Shown here in pieces: positions 43,611-53,483 of a DNA stretch of 64,000 nucleotides. Source of the stretch: an uncultured Iamiaceae bacterium (lineage in GTDB: Bacteria; Actinomycetota; Acidimicrobiia; Acidimicrobiales; Iamiaceae); contig CAVURR010000014.1 in the NCBI GenBank assembly GCA_963743955.1, positions 241,081-305,080 of the forward strand, in the 5' to 3' direction. The first letter of the stretch is position 1; each line of letters starts with the position of its first letter. The translations under genes and the position numbers were made by a program. Under the pieces are notes generated by a model. That model saw only the letters and a list, made by a program, of their open reading frames with translations. It did no database searches and was not told the origin of the DNA.

Positions 43611-44393
43611 GTGCGGCCGGTGCACGGCGTGGACGATCCGCTCGCCGGACTTCGTCGGGATCCGACGTCCACCGGGGTGTTCACCGACTTCGACGGGACG
43701 TTGTCGCCCATCGTCACCGACCCCGCCACCGCGGCGCCGGTGCCGGGGGTCCCCGACCTGCTCTCGGCGCTGGCCGGCCACTACGCCGTCGTCGCCGTGA
43801 TCTCGGGTCGGCCGGTGTCGTTCCTGGCGCAGCACCTCCCGCCGTCCGTCCTGGCCGTGGGCCTCTACGGCCTGGAGGTCCGCCGGGACGGGGTCGTCGA
43901 GATCGACCCCGCGGCCGAGCCGTGGAGGCCGATCATCGCCGACGCCGTCGTGCGGGCCCGGGCGGGAGCGCCGTCGGAGGTCCTGGTCGAGCCCAAGGGC
44001 CTGTCGGTCAGCCTCCACTACCGCAGCGCCCCCGAGCTCGAGGACCGGGTCGTCGCCCTCGCCGACGAGGTCGCCGCGGCGACCGGTCTGGTGGCCCGGC
44101 CGGCCAAGCGGTCCGTCGAGCTGCAGCCCCCCGTCGACAGCGACAAGGGCACCGTCCTGCGCGCCCTGGCGGTCGGCCTGTCGGCGGCCTGCTACCTGGG
44201 CGACGACCTCGGGGACCTGTCCGCGTTCGCGGCGGTCGACGAGCTGGCGGCCCAGGGCCTCCGCACGGTCAAGGTGGCGGTCCGGGGCGAGGAGGCCCCC
44301 CCGGCGTTGGTCGGGGCGGCCGACGTGGTCGTCGACAGCCCCGAGGGTGCGGCCGCCCTGCTGCGCACGTTGCTCCCGCACGGATCCCCCTGA
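43611..44393 (+). CDS. otsB: trehalose-phosphatase (HAD-IIB, OtsB-like)
   Basis: VFTDFDGTLSPIV (DxDGT), KG..., GDDLGD; convergent with the GH65 gene. Confidence 0.7.
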   Translation: MRPVHGVDDPLAGLRRDPTSTGVFTDFDGTLSPIVTDPATAAPVPGVPDLLSALAGHYAVVAVISGRPVSFLAQHLPPSVLAVGLYGLEVRRDGVVEIDPAAEPWRPIIADAVVRARAGAPSEVLVEPKGLSVSLHYRSAPELEDRVVALADEVAAATGLVARPAKRSVELQPPVDSDKGTVLRALAVGLSAACYLGDDLGDLSAFAAVDELAAQGLRTVKVAVRGEEAPPALVGAADVVVDSPEGAAALLRTLLPHGSP

Positions 44394-44399
44394 CCCTTC

Positions 44400-44722
44400 C
44401 TACCGCGACGACTGGGCGCCGGGGAGGTCCTTGAGCAGGACCTCGAAGGCCGCGCGATCCGGGCGTCGCGTCGAGGAAGGTGGCGAAGTCGCGGAGCACC
44501 CCGAAGTACCAGCCGCCCGGGTCCATCGCCGTCGCCGCCTGCTCGGTCGCCCACAGGCTGACCAGCACGCCCGTCGCCGTCGTCGGTCCCCAGCACGTAG
44601 ATGCCCCGGTAGCCCGGCTGCTCCTGCAGCGCGGGGAGGACCGCGACGCGGAACCGGTTGAGCACGTCCTCGACCGAGCTCCGCTCGGCATCGACGTGGA
44701 CCCGGGTCACCCTCGCGTGCAT
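44400..44722 (-). pseudogene. small ABM/Dabb-like protein, sequence spread over 3 frames
   Basis: MHARVTRVHVDAERSSVEDVLNRFRVAVLPALQEQPGYRGIYVL, then LVSLWATEQAATAM, then ...VLLKDLPGAQ in different frames. Confidence 0.35.
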
Positions 44723-44778
44723 GGCGCGACCTCCCGCTGGCGATGCCGCGTGCCTGCCGCGGGACCCGGGTGCGGCGG

Positions 44779-45816
44779 TCACAGCTCGACCGGGAGGTCG
44801 TCGGTCTCGGACCGGGGAGCACGACCCATCAGGACGTCGACCGCCTCCTCCGGCGACCGCCGGCCGGCGATGACCTCGGACACCTCCTGGGCGATCGGCA
44901 TCTCGACCCCCGCCCGCGCCGCCAGCCCGAGGACCCCCGGTGTGGTCTCGATGCCCTCGGCCACCATGTGCATCTCCCCTCGGATCTCGTCGACCGACCG
45001 GCCCTTCCCCAGCTCGACCCCGACGCGGTGGTTCCGGCTCCTCTCGCTGCCGCACGTCGCGATGAGGTCGCCGTTGCCCGCGAGGCCGAGGAAGGTGAGC
45101 GGCCGCCCGCCCATCGCCGTGCCCAGCCGGCAGAGCTCGGCGAGGCCTCGGGTCAGCAGCGCGGCCTTGGTGTTGAGGCCGAGCCCGAGCCCGTCGGCGA
45201 TGCCGGCGGCGATGGCGATGACGTTCTTCACCGCGCCGGAGATCTCGCAGCCGATGACGTCGTCGTTGGTGTACACGCGGAACCGCGGCCCCATGAAGCG
45301 CAGCTGGAGCTGCTCCGCCCGTCGCCGATCGGCGAGGGCGATCACCGTCGCCGCCGGCTGCCCGGCGGCGACCTCCGGGGCGATGTTCGGCCCGCTCAGG
45401 ACGCCGACGAGGGAGGGGTCGTGGTCGGACTCCTCGGCGATGACCTCGGTCATCCGCAGCAGCGAGCCCTGCTCGATGCCCTTCACGACGCTGATGACGC
45501 TGGCCTCGTCCGGGAGGAGCGGGGCGACGCGCTGGAACACGGTGCGGAAGTGCTGGGCGGGGACGGCCATGACGACGACCCCGGCGCCGCCGAGCGCCTC
45601 CTCCAAGGACCCCGTCGCGTGGAGGGTGCTGGGGAGCCGGTGCCCGACCAGGAACAGCGGGTTCTCGCCCTCGCGCTGGATGCCCTCGACCACCTCGGGC
45701 TCGCGCGCCCAGATCACCGTCGGCGACGACGCCCCGTCCGCGGCGAGGCCGCCCAGGGTGGTGCCCCACGACCCGGCCCCGATGATGGCGACCTTGCCGA
45801 CTCCGAGCTCATCCAC
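44779..45816 (-). CDS. gpsA: NAD(P)H-dependent glycerol-3-phosphate dehydrogenase
   Basis: Intact 345 aa. VAIIGAGSWGTTLG, NVIAIAAGIADGLGLGLNTKAALLTRGLAE, GRSVDEI. Confidence 0.9.
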   Translation of the reverse strand: MDELGVGKVAIIGAGSWGTTLGGLAADGASSPTVIWAREPEVVEGIQREGENPLFLVGHRLPSTLHATGSLEEALGGAGVVVMAVPAQHFRTVFQRVAPLLPDEASVISVVKGIEQGSLLRMTEVIAEESDHDPSLVGVLSGPNIAPEVAAGQPAATVIALADRRRAEQLQLRFMGPRFRVYTNDDVIGCEISGAVKNVIAIAAGIADGLGLGLNTKAALLTRGLAELCRLGTAMGGRPLTFLGLAGNGDLIATCGSERSRNHRVGVELGKGRSVDEIRGEMHMVAEGIETTPGVLGLAARAGVEMPIAQEVSEVIAGRRSPEEAVDVLMGRAPRSETDDLPVEL

Positions 45817-45917
45817 TGGCCACGCTCCTCACCGGCTCGCACCGAAGGGCTCGCGGGCCACCGTACGCCCATCCGGGAGGCGGCGGTCAGGGTCGGAAGG
45901 CCCTCCACCACCGCGGG

Positions 45918-46971
45918 TCACGGCGCCTCCTCGGCGTTCGTCCATCGGGCTCGGTTGTGGGGGCCGCACCATCGTCGGAGGTTGGCGAGGACGGTGGGGC
46001 CTCCCTTGGCGTAGGGGTGGATGTGGTCGTACTGGAGGAAGGCGGTGGCGGTGCAGCCGGGGTGGCCGCAGGTGGGGTGGCGTTCGTCGAGGACCCGTCG
46101 TTGCCGTGCGGGTCGGTGATCGGCGCCTGGGGCTGGCGTCGATGGGTCGCCCGTGCATGTCGTGGAGGAGCAGGGACACGAACGCCTCGGGCAGCAGGCC
46201 GGCCACGGCGTGCTCGGACAGCGGGGTGCCGTCGGCCAGGGTCGCGGGTCCGTCGCCGCTCTCGGATGTGGATGACGACCTCGGCGGTCACCGACCCGCC
46301 TCCGTCGGTCACCGCAGCGACGAGGGCGTCGGCGCGTTGCTGGCGGAGCGACGCGCCCGCGGGCGCGCGGGAGCGGGTGACCTGGGTGTCGATGACCGCG
46401 ACACAGGGCGCCGGCGACCTCGGGTGGGAGGCGGGCGGTGAGGGTGACCATGCCGTCGGCGTCGGTGCGCCACGACACGCTGCGCTCGCGGTGCTGGCGA
46501 TCGGTGATGGCGTCGGGGTCCTCGTGACGCTGGGACCAGGCTGCGATGCGGGCGCCGAGCACGCCCGCGGGCGCGTCCGCGGCGAGGGCGACCAGCTCAC
46601 CGGCGTTGGCGTCGGTCAGGTGCGGCACCAGCACCCGGGCCTTCGCGTAGGACACGTCACCGGAGCGCATCGCGGCGTCGAGCTCGGGGTGCTCCCGCAT
46701 CGCCCGGGCCACCCGCACCTGCGTACCGCGCCGTCGACACCTCGAGATCGCACGCATCGGCCAGCCACCCCGCACACGACAGGGCACCCCACGCCGCCCA
46801 CGTGCCCCGGGCGTCGAGCTCACCGACGAGCACCAGCAGCTCGTAGGTGCCCACCGACAGCCGCTCGGCCAGGGTGACGATCTCGGCCTCCAACCGCTCC
46901 GCCGGCAGGTCGCCGACGGTCCACCGGATGCTGCCGTCGCCTCTCGTCGAGGTCCGCTCTCGTGTCTCCAT
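45918..46971 (-). pseudogene. DUF222 + HNH endonuclease (REP13E12-like selfish gene), at least 3 frame changes
   Basis: N-term AEIVTLAERLSVGTYELLVLVGELDARGTWAAWGALSCAGWLADACDLEVSTAR; middle RADALVAAVTDGGGSVTAEVVIHIR; HNH: CGHPGCTATAFLQYDHIHPYAKGGPTVLANLRRWCGPHN. Each part is in a different frame. Confidence 0.6.
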
Positions 46972-47178
46972 GACTCCGCCTCCTGCAACCGCCAGGTCGA
47001 ACTCCGTTCGACTGTACGCAGGGGGTGTGACAGTCGAAGCCCAAGCCCAGGTCAGACCCCAGATCTCGGCTGCGCCGCGCCCGACGACGCGCCCACGGGC
47101 GCGTCCCAGCCGAGGGTGCGGCTCCAGCGTCGTCCACTGACCACGCTCTCCACCGGCTTGCGCCGATCAGTGGCCCAC

Positions 47179-47532
47179 TCAGGCGGGAAGGACGCCGCTC
47201 CTCGCGACCCAGCGAGACGACCCGTCTGGGGCCTCGATCTGGGCGACGACGTGGCCGTCGATCACGTCGAGCGCGGCGACCGTCGAGACGTGGCCCTCCG
47301 GGATCTGGCCGCCGTCGTTCAGGTTGATCGTGTTGCGGGTCCTGACGATCTGGCCGACGGTCACCGCCTCGGCCCGGTCCGGGAGGATGCTGGCGACGAA
47401 CGTGGCGACGATCCAGGTGAAGGCACCGAAGAGGGCGAAGGTCCAGAACGAGTAGCCCTTCCCGCGTGCGATCACCGCCGGGATGAACGTGAACGCCACC
47501 CACAGCAGGATGACCGAAGCCGACGACACCAT
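47179..47532 (-). CDS. small two-TM membrane protein with soluble C-terminal domain (hypothetical)
   Basis: Intact 117 aa. ILLWVAFTFIPAVIA and FALFGAFTWIVATFVASIL. Confidence 0.45.
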   Translation of the reverse strand: MVSSASVILLWVAFTFIPAVIARGKGYSFWTFALFGAFTWIVATFVASILPDRAEAVTVGQIVRTRNTINLNDGGQIPEGHVSTVAALDVIDGHVVAQIEAPDGSSRWVARSGVLPA

Positions 47533-47670
47533 CCATGGTTCCCCTCCCGCAGACGAGACCTCGCGCGCAACGTACCACCGCCCACCTGCCCGGCCGCCGG
47601 TGGGCCCGACGACGAGCTCGACGCCGGGCTCGTCGGGACGGTGTGGCGGTGTCCCGGCGTCCCGCGGCCC

Positions 47671-48246
47671 TCAGGGGGGCGGGGCGGCGGCGGGGGTCGC
47701 GGTGGTCGCCAGCCGGACCAGGGCCACGAACGCGGCCGCAGCGGCGTCGACGCCCTCGTCGTCGTCGGTGGCCACCAGGTCGAGGAGCAGACCGCGACTG
47801 ACGGCGAGACCGAGCCGGGCCAGCGCCGGATCGACCGTGCCGTCGGTGCGACGGTCGACCTCGGCCAGCCACCCGTCGACGGCGCCGGGGAGCATCCTGG
47901 AGAAGGGCTCCTCCCCCTGAGCGGCCCGGGCGTAGCACTCGAAGAAGAGGCGCTCGAGCGGTCGGAGCTCGGGCCGGCTGACGTCGGCCCACGTCGCCGC
48001 GACCGCGTCGGCCGGGTCGTCGGGGAGGTCGGCCAGCATCCCGGTCTGGCGCCGTTCGACCTCCTCGACCACCGTCACGAGCAGCTCGTCGCGGGATCCG
48101 AAGTGGTGGAGCAGCATGCGGTGGCTGGTGCCGGCGGCCTCGGCGATGTCGCGCAGCGACCGGTCGCCGATCCCGCCCTCGGCGACGGCGTCGATCAGCG
48201 CGTCGAGGACCTCGCGACGCCGGACCTCGTCACGCGGCCGGGGCAT
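47671..48246 (-). CDS. TetR family transcriptional regulator
   Basis: SLRDIAEAAGTSHRMLLHHFGSRDEL HTH. Its start overlaps the upstream SRPBCC gene by 17 nt. Confidence 0.75.
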   Translation of the reverse strand: MPRPRDEVRRREVLDALIDAVAEGGIGDRSLRDIAEAAGTSHRMLLHHFGSRDELLVTVVEEVERRQTGMLADLPDDPADAVAATWADVSRPELRPLERLFFECYARAAQGEEPFSRMLPGAVDGWLAEVDRRTDGTVDPALARLGLAVSRGLLLDLVATDDDEGVDAAAAAFVALVRLATTATPAAAPPP

Positions 48247-48673
48247 CCCGCATCCGTCGCTCGCTGGCGGCCTTGAGCCCGCGGGCCTCGAGGCCGAGGT
48301 AGCGACGGGTGAGGCCGCGGGTGAGGAGGCCGACGGCCACCCCGATCGGGCCCCGTTGGTCGATGCGCTGGCGGACGAGCGTGCCACCCGTGGGCTGGGC
48401 GACGACCTCGTGGGTGGCCAGGGTGGTGCCGCCGGGCGAGCGCTGGCGCCACGTCCACGACGTCCCCGGATCGACCTCGGTCACCTCCCAGACCAGCAGC
48501 GGGAACCGGGGCTGCTTGATCTCGAAGCGGTGGCCGACCTCGATCCCGGCCCCGTCGAGCGGCGTGACCCGGTCGACCGACTCGGTCCAGTCCGGCCACC
48601 GGGCGACGTCCGCGAACACGTCCCAGACGAGCGGAGCCGGAGCGGCGACCTCGATGCTGCTGTCGGTGATCAT
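48230..48673 (-). CDS. SRPBCC (polyketide cyclase/dehydrase-like) domain protein
   Basis: MITDSSIEVAAPAPLVWDVFADVARWPDWTESV...HEVVAQPTGGTLV. Confidence 0.7.
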   Translation of the reverse strand: MITDSSIEVAAPAPLVWDVFADVARWPDWTESVDRVTPLDGAGIEVGHRFEIKQPRFPLLVWEVTEVDPGTSWTWRQRSPGGTTLATHEVVAQPTGGTLVRQRIDQRGPIGVAVGLLTRGLTRRYLGLEARGLKAASERRMRDAPAA

Positions 48674-48877
48674 GTACCAGATGGTACGCCTACGCCCGGC
48701 AGCAGGCAAGGCCTCCGAGCGGAACGCGACCGGCCGGGGTGGGGGACGACGCGACTCGTGGCCGCCATCGGTCCCGAGCGCGGCCTCCCGACCGCGGCGG
48801 GTGGTGCCCGGTGCGGGCCCCGACGGCGCGACGTACGGTCGCGGCGACGCCATCTCCAGCGACGAACCGAGGTTGCG

Positions 48878-50385
48878 ATGACCGACTACGGACGACGGGA
48901 CTTCCTCCGGGGTGCGGCGGCCACGACGGGCGGAGTGCTCGTCGCCGGCACCCTCCCGGCCCTCCTCGCGGCGCCGGCGGGGGCCCGGCCGCGGCCCGAG
49001 GTGCTCGAACCGGTGCCCGACCTCCGCGACGGGATCGTGCGGCTGCACCTCCCGCGCGGGTTCCGCTACCGGTCGTTCCACGACACCGACACCCTCCTCC
49101 CCCGACCGGGCCGCCGGCGCCGCCGGTCGTGCTCGACGACGGCACGCTCCTGCCGGGGCGCCACGACGGCATGGCGGCGTTCCCCGCCCCCGACGGCAAC
49201 GTCTGGCTGATCCGCAACCACGAGCTCAACAACCCAGCGGTCGGCCAGCCGAACCCCCAGCCCGCCTTCGGGCCGCTCGACCCCTACGACGCCCACGGCC
49301 TGGGCGGGACGACCTCGGTCCTCGTCACCCCCCACGGTGAGGTGATCGAGGCCTGGACCAGCCTCAACGGCACGATGATGAACTGCTCCGGCGGAGCCAT
49401 GCCGTGGGGCTCGTGGATCTCGTGCGAGGAGACGGTCAACGGACCCGACACCTCGCCCGACTTCACCGGGCAGACCAACGAGTTCCTCGAGCAGCCCCAC
49501 GGCTTCGTCTTCGAGGTCCCGGTGGGCGGGGTGTCGGATCGCACGCCGATCCGCAGCGCCGGTCGCTTCGCCCACGAGGCCGCGGCCTACAGCCCGGACG
49601 AGGGCATCGTCTACCTCACCGAGGACAACTTCGAGTTCCCGTCCGGCCTCTACCGCTACATCCCGCCGGAGGATCCGATGGCCGCGGGGCGCCTGGTCGA
49701 CGGCGGCCGGCTCCAGATGCTGAAGGTCAGGGGCGTGCACCAGGCCCACCTCGAGGCCCAGCAGACCAACGGGGCGACCTACCGGGTCGAGTGGGTCGAC
49801 ATCGACCAGCCCTACCCGGGCACCGACGGCCGCTTCGCCACCGTCACCGACAACGACGCCGCCCTCACGTTCGTCGGCGACCAGGGCCGGGCCGAGGGTG
49901 CCGCCCACTTCTCCCGCCTCGAGGGCGCGACCTACACCCGCGGCGAGGTGTTCTTCACCTCGACCCAGGGCGGGGGCGCGGCCGAGACCGGGCCCGAGCC
50001 CCTCACCGGCTACGGGAACGGCACCGGGCAGGTGTGGTCGTACGACCCGCGGCGCTGCACCCTGACCTGCCGGTACCAGTCGCCGGGACCGACGTCGCTC
50101 GAGCTGCCCGACAACGTCACCGCCCGCAGCGACCGGGGCACCATCGTGCTGTGCGAGGACGGCCCCGCCGACAACTACATCCGCGGCCTCACCCGGTACG
50201 GCTCGCTGTTCGACATCGCGGTGAACCGCCTGAGGCGGAACAACCCGCCGTTCGCCACCCGCTACGGCGAGGAGTTCGCGGGCGCCACGTTCGGCGCCGA
50301 CGGCGAGACGCTCTTCGTCAACATCCAGGCGTCGCAGGCCATCTCGTTCGCGATCTGGGGTCCGTGGGGGCGCCTCGGCGTGTGA
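48878..50385 (+). CDS. Tat-secreted PhoX-like (DUF839) phosphatase (one apparent frameshift near 49100)
   Basis: Tat motif RRDFLRGAAATTGG; NHELNNPAVG, MMNCSGGAMPWGSWISCEE, TRGEVFFTSTQGG (PhoX family beta-propeller). Confidence 0.7.
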
Positions 50386-50421
50386 GCCGGCGGCCCGAGC
50401 TCCCGGTCTGCTGCACCGGCG

Positions 50422-51573
50422 TCAGGCGGGGCGGCGCAGCGGGCCCGGCCGGGCCAGGACGTCGACCGGGAGGTCGTGCCGCTCGGCCCACCGCGGCGAC
50501 AGCAGGTGCGCCCATCGGGCGTCGTGGCCGATGGTGGTGCGGAGGAAGGCCAGCGCGTACCGGACGGTCAGCCGGTGCGCCTCGTCGATGGGGATGAGCC
50601 CGGGCGCGCACCCCTCCTCGGCGGACGACACCAGGAAGGCGAGGAGCGGGGCCGGGAGGCCTGCGTCCTGGAGGGCCGCCAGCAGGTCGCACACGTTGGT
50701 GAACGAGTTGTGGCCCGCGCGCTGCACGTCGACCCGCCAGGCGGGCCGGGCGGAGATCTCGGCCCAGGGCCGCTCCGCGGCCGCCGCGAGCGGCACGGTC
50801 ACGTCGTCGGTGCCGGAGAGCAGCAGCGTCGGCACGTCGATCGCGGCCAGCTCGTCGTCGGTGAGGAGGCCCGAGGCGGCCGCGATCGGCATGATCGCGT
50901 CGACCCGCTCGTCGGGCGCGTAGGTCTGGTAGCCGCCGGCCACCGCCAGGGCCGTGAAGCCCCCGAAGGAGTGGCCCGCCACCGCCACGCGCGAGGGGTC
51001 GACGGTGCCGGCCAGCAGGTCGCCCGCGGTGGCCGATCGGCCCAGGGCCACGTCGATGGCGAAGGAGACGTCGCGGGGCCGGTTCGCGGCGACCACCGGG
51101 AAGGGGTCGACCGTGCCGAACAGCGGGTCGAGGGAGGTGTTGCCCGCGTGGTCCGGCGCGACCACCACGTAGCCGTGCGACGCCAGCGCCTGGAGCAGGA
51201 ACCACGACTGGTACCGCACGCCGCCGCTGCCGTGGGAGAAGACCACCAGCGGTGACCGGCGGCGGATCGGGGTCGCGTCGCGGCGGACGCCGGGCAGGGC
51301 GAGCTGGGTCACGAGGAGGTCGAGCGACCCGGGCGAGCCGGTGGTCGTGCCCTGCGCCGTCGGGTACCACGCGTCGAAGGTGAGGGTGCGGCCGGGCCGG
51401 GCGGGGTCGGCTGCGGTGAAGGTCGTGATGCCGACGCCGTGGGGACCCTCGGCGGTGGGCGCCGCCGGCCCCCTGCGCGGCACCGGCTCTCGCGGCGGGG
51501 CGGCCGCCACCGTCGACGCCGCCGTCGTCGTCAGCGTCGCCACCAGCACGAGTGCGGTCAGGATCCGTCGCAT
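50422..51573 (-). CDS. secreted alpha/beta hydrolase (PAF-acetylhydrolase / lipase-like)
   Basis: Intact 383 aa. Signal peptide; VVFSHGSGG; GHSFGG nucleophile elbow; LLLSGTDD; AGHNSF. Confidence 0.75.
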   Translation of the reverse strand: MRRILTALVLVATLTTTAASTVAAAPPREPVPRRGPAAPTAEGPHGVGITTFTAADPARPGRTLTFDAWYPTAQGTTTGSPGSLDLLVTQLALPGVRRDATPIRRRSPLVVFSHGSGGVRYQSWFLLQALASHGYVVVAPDHAGNTSLDPLFGTVDPFPVVAANRPRDVSFAIDVALGRSATAGDLLAGTVDPSRVAVAGHSFGGFTALAVAGGYQTYAPDERVDAIMPIAAASGLLTDDELAAIDVPTLLLSGTDDVTVPLAAAAERPWAEISARPAWRVDVQRAGHNSFTNVCDLLAALQDAGLPAPLLAFLVSSAEEGCAPGLIPIDEAHRLTVRYALAFLRTTIGHDARWAHLLSPRWAERHDLPVDVLARPGPLRRPA

Positions 51574-51793
51574 CGATGCCCCCAGAGGTCGGTCTCCGAT
51601 CGACCGTACGTGACCAGCGCCACACGCGCCGGTCCCGCCCTCAGCCCCCGCCCGCGGGTGGACGCGCGACGTCGTGGCGTCGCCGCACCGGGAACCTCGG
51701 CGTGGGAACGCCGACAGCCCGGTTCCGGGACGTGGCTGCGGTCGCCCGACGAACCACTCGACCCGGGCGAGATGGGTGTGGGAGCCTCAGGGC

Positions 51794-52417
51794 GTGCGCT
51801 TCCTCCGATCGACACCGGTTGCCATCGTCGCCGGCGCGCTGTCGTGGTCATGGGCCGAGTACGGCCTTCACCGGTTCGCCATGCACCAGATGCGCGGCAA
51901 GGGCCTCGCCTCGGTCGAGCACCTCAAGCACCATGGCGACGTCACCTACTTCGCCCCGACGTCGAAGAAGCTCCTCTCCGCGGCCGGCACGACCGTGGTG
52001 GCGTACCCGATCGCGTCCAAGGTCGGCGGTCGTCGGTGGGGCATGGCGTTCACCGGTGGACTCATCGCCACGTACTTCTGGTACGAGGTCGTGCACCGCC
52101 GGCTGCACACGCACCCGCCGACCAACAGGTACGGCCGCTGGGCGCGCCGCAGCCACCTGCACCACCACTTCGGGGCCCCCATGCGCAACCTCGGCGTCAC
52201 GAGCCCCGTCTGGGACCGGGCCTTCGGCACCTACGACGACCCCGGGGTCGTCACCGTCCCCCAACGGATGGCGCCCGTCTGGATGCTCGACGAGCAGGGT
52301 GACGTCCGAGCCGAGCTGGCTGCTGACTACCTCGTCAAGGGCGGTCGAGCCCTCGATCAGAGCCAAGCCGAGCGCGACCACCGAGATGCCTTCGCGAACA
52401 CGGCACCGCTCGTCTGA
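51794..52417 (+). CDS. fatty-acid hydroxylase / sterol desaturase superfamily membrane protein
   Basis: His boxes HRFAMH, HLKHH, HRRLH, HLHHH. Confidence 0.65.
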   Translation: MRFLRSTPVAIVAGALSWSWAEYGLHRFAMHQMRGKGLASVEHLKHHGDVTYFAPTSKKLLSAAGTTVVAYPIASKVGGRRWGMAFTGGLIATYFWYEVVHRRLHTHPPTNRYGRWARRSHLHHHFGAPMRNLGVTSPVWDRAFGTYDDPGVVTVPQRMAPVWMLDEQGDVRAELAADYLVKGGRALDQSQAERDHRDAFANTAPLV

Positions 52418-52585
52418 CCCGCTCCGGCACGGTTCAGCCTGAGCGCCCGTTCGGCACGAGCGCGGCCTCAGGACGAGGTCGGCCGTCGATCTCTCCGAAG
52501 AGGGCCATGTTCGACCCCTACGATCGGCACGGGAACCGGCCCTCCCCAGGCTCTGGGGTCTTCGTCCGCGAATCGCGCCGGCCCC

Positions 52586-52661
52586 GGGTCGCTAGCTCAA
52601 CTGGCAGAGCATCGGGCTTTTAACCCGCTGGTTCAGGGTTCGAGTCCCTGGCGACCCACCA
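52586..52661 (+). tRNA. tRNA-Lys (anticodon TTT)
   Basis: Acceptor GGGTCGC/GCGACCC, D-arm GCTCAACTGGCAGAGC, anticodon loop CTTTTAA, T-arm CAGGGTTCGAGTCCCTG, discriminator A plus CCA. Position 27-43 is a T-C mismatch, possibly a base error. Confidence 0.8.
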
Positions 52662-52677
52662 CCTCACGCTCGGCCGG

Positions 52678-53350
52678 TCAGCCGGCATCGTCGGGGGCGT
52701 CGGCAGCCGGTGGCTCCCGACGGGGGATGACCTCGTCGCCGGACGCGATGGCGTCGAGCAGGCGGTCGAGGCGTCGGCGGCTGCCGGGGTCGTCGACGGC
52801 CGGCCACCGGCGCACCTCGCCGGCGGCGAACTCGCTCCAGTCGCCGACCAGCTGCAGGAGGTCGCGGACGAACACGATCCACAGCAGGTTGAGGTGGAGG
52901 CGCTCGGGATAGGGGTTCTCGCCGGCCCGGTAGGCCTCGACCAGGGCGATGCCGGCCCGGTACTCCTCCTCGGCGGCATCGCGCGTCGCCTCGAGGGTGG
53001 CCACCGAGCGCGTCGTGGGATCCGGCGTCGCCCAGGAACGTCCGCAGGAGGGCCTCGACCTCGACGCGCGGCGGGGCCACGGGCGTGTCGAGCCACGCCG
53101 CGAGGGCGTCCCTCCCCTGGTCGGTGATGCGGAAGCGCTGGCGGGTGCGGACGGGACCGGCCGGCTCGTCCTCCACGTCGATCAGGCCCAACCCGACCAG
53201 TCGCTTGGGCTCCGCGTACAGCCGGCTGGGCGCCGTCGGCCAGAGGTAGCGGAGGCTCCGGTCGGACTGCGCGGCCAGCTCGTAGGCGGTGTGCGGACGC
53301 AGGGCCAGCAGGCCGAGGATGGCGTACGAGGTGGTGGTCAGCTCGGGCAC
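52678..53350 (-). CDS. PadR family regulator with C-terminal PadR-C domain (one apparent frameshift near 53010)
   Basis: PELTTTSYAILGLLALRPHTAYEL...RLYAEPKRLVGLGLI; C-terminal domain EEEYRAGIALVEAYRAGENPYPERLHLNLLWIV in the adjacent frame. Confidence 0.65.
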
Positions 53351-53354
53351 CCCG

Positions 53355-53406
53355 TTGACACTACTCCTGTGAGGAGTAATCTGGAATCTGCTCCTGACGG
53401 GAGCAG
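53355..53406 (+). promoter_or_regulatory. candidate sigma-70-type promoter with two overlapping operator-like inverted repeats for the gene at 53484
   Basis: TTGACA 53355-53360, 16-bp spacer, TAATCT 53377-53382. IR1 CTCCTgtgAGGAG 53364-53376 lies in the spacer. IR2 CTGCTCCtgacgGGAGCAG 53388-53406 lies over the predicted start site. Confidence 0.4.
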
Positions 53407-53483
53407 ATCGCGTGGAGGTCCGGGACCGACCGGACCCGGGACGGGAGGAGCCAGACGTGACCACGAGCCTGGAGACCGGAGCC

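Noticed and set aside
44400-44730. ORF 44269-44691 (140 aa) and ORF 44400-44822 as separate proteins
   Set aside because: Both are Arg/Pro-rich except for short segments that together with 44680-44722 reconstruct one ~105-aa ABM-like protein. They are treated as one frameshifted gene, not three.
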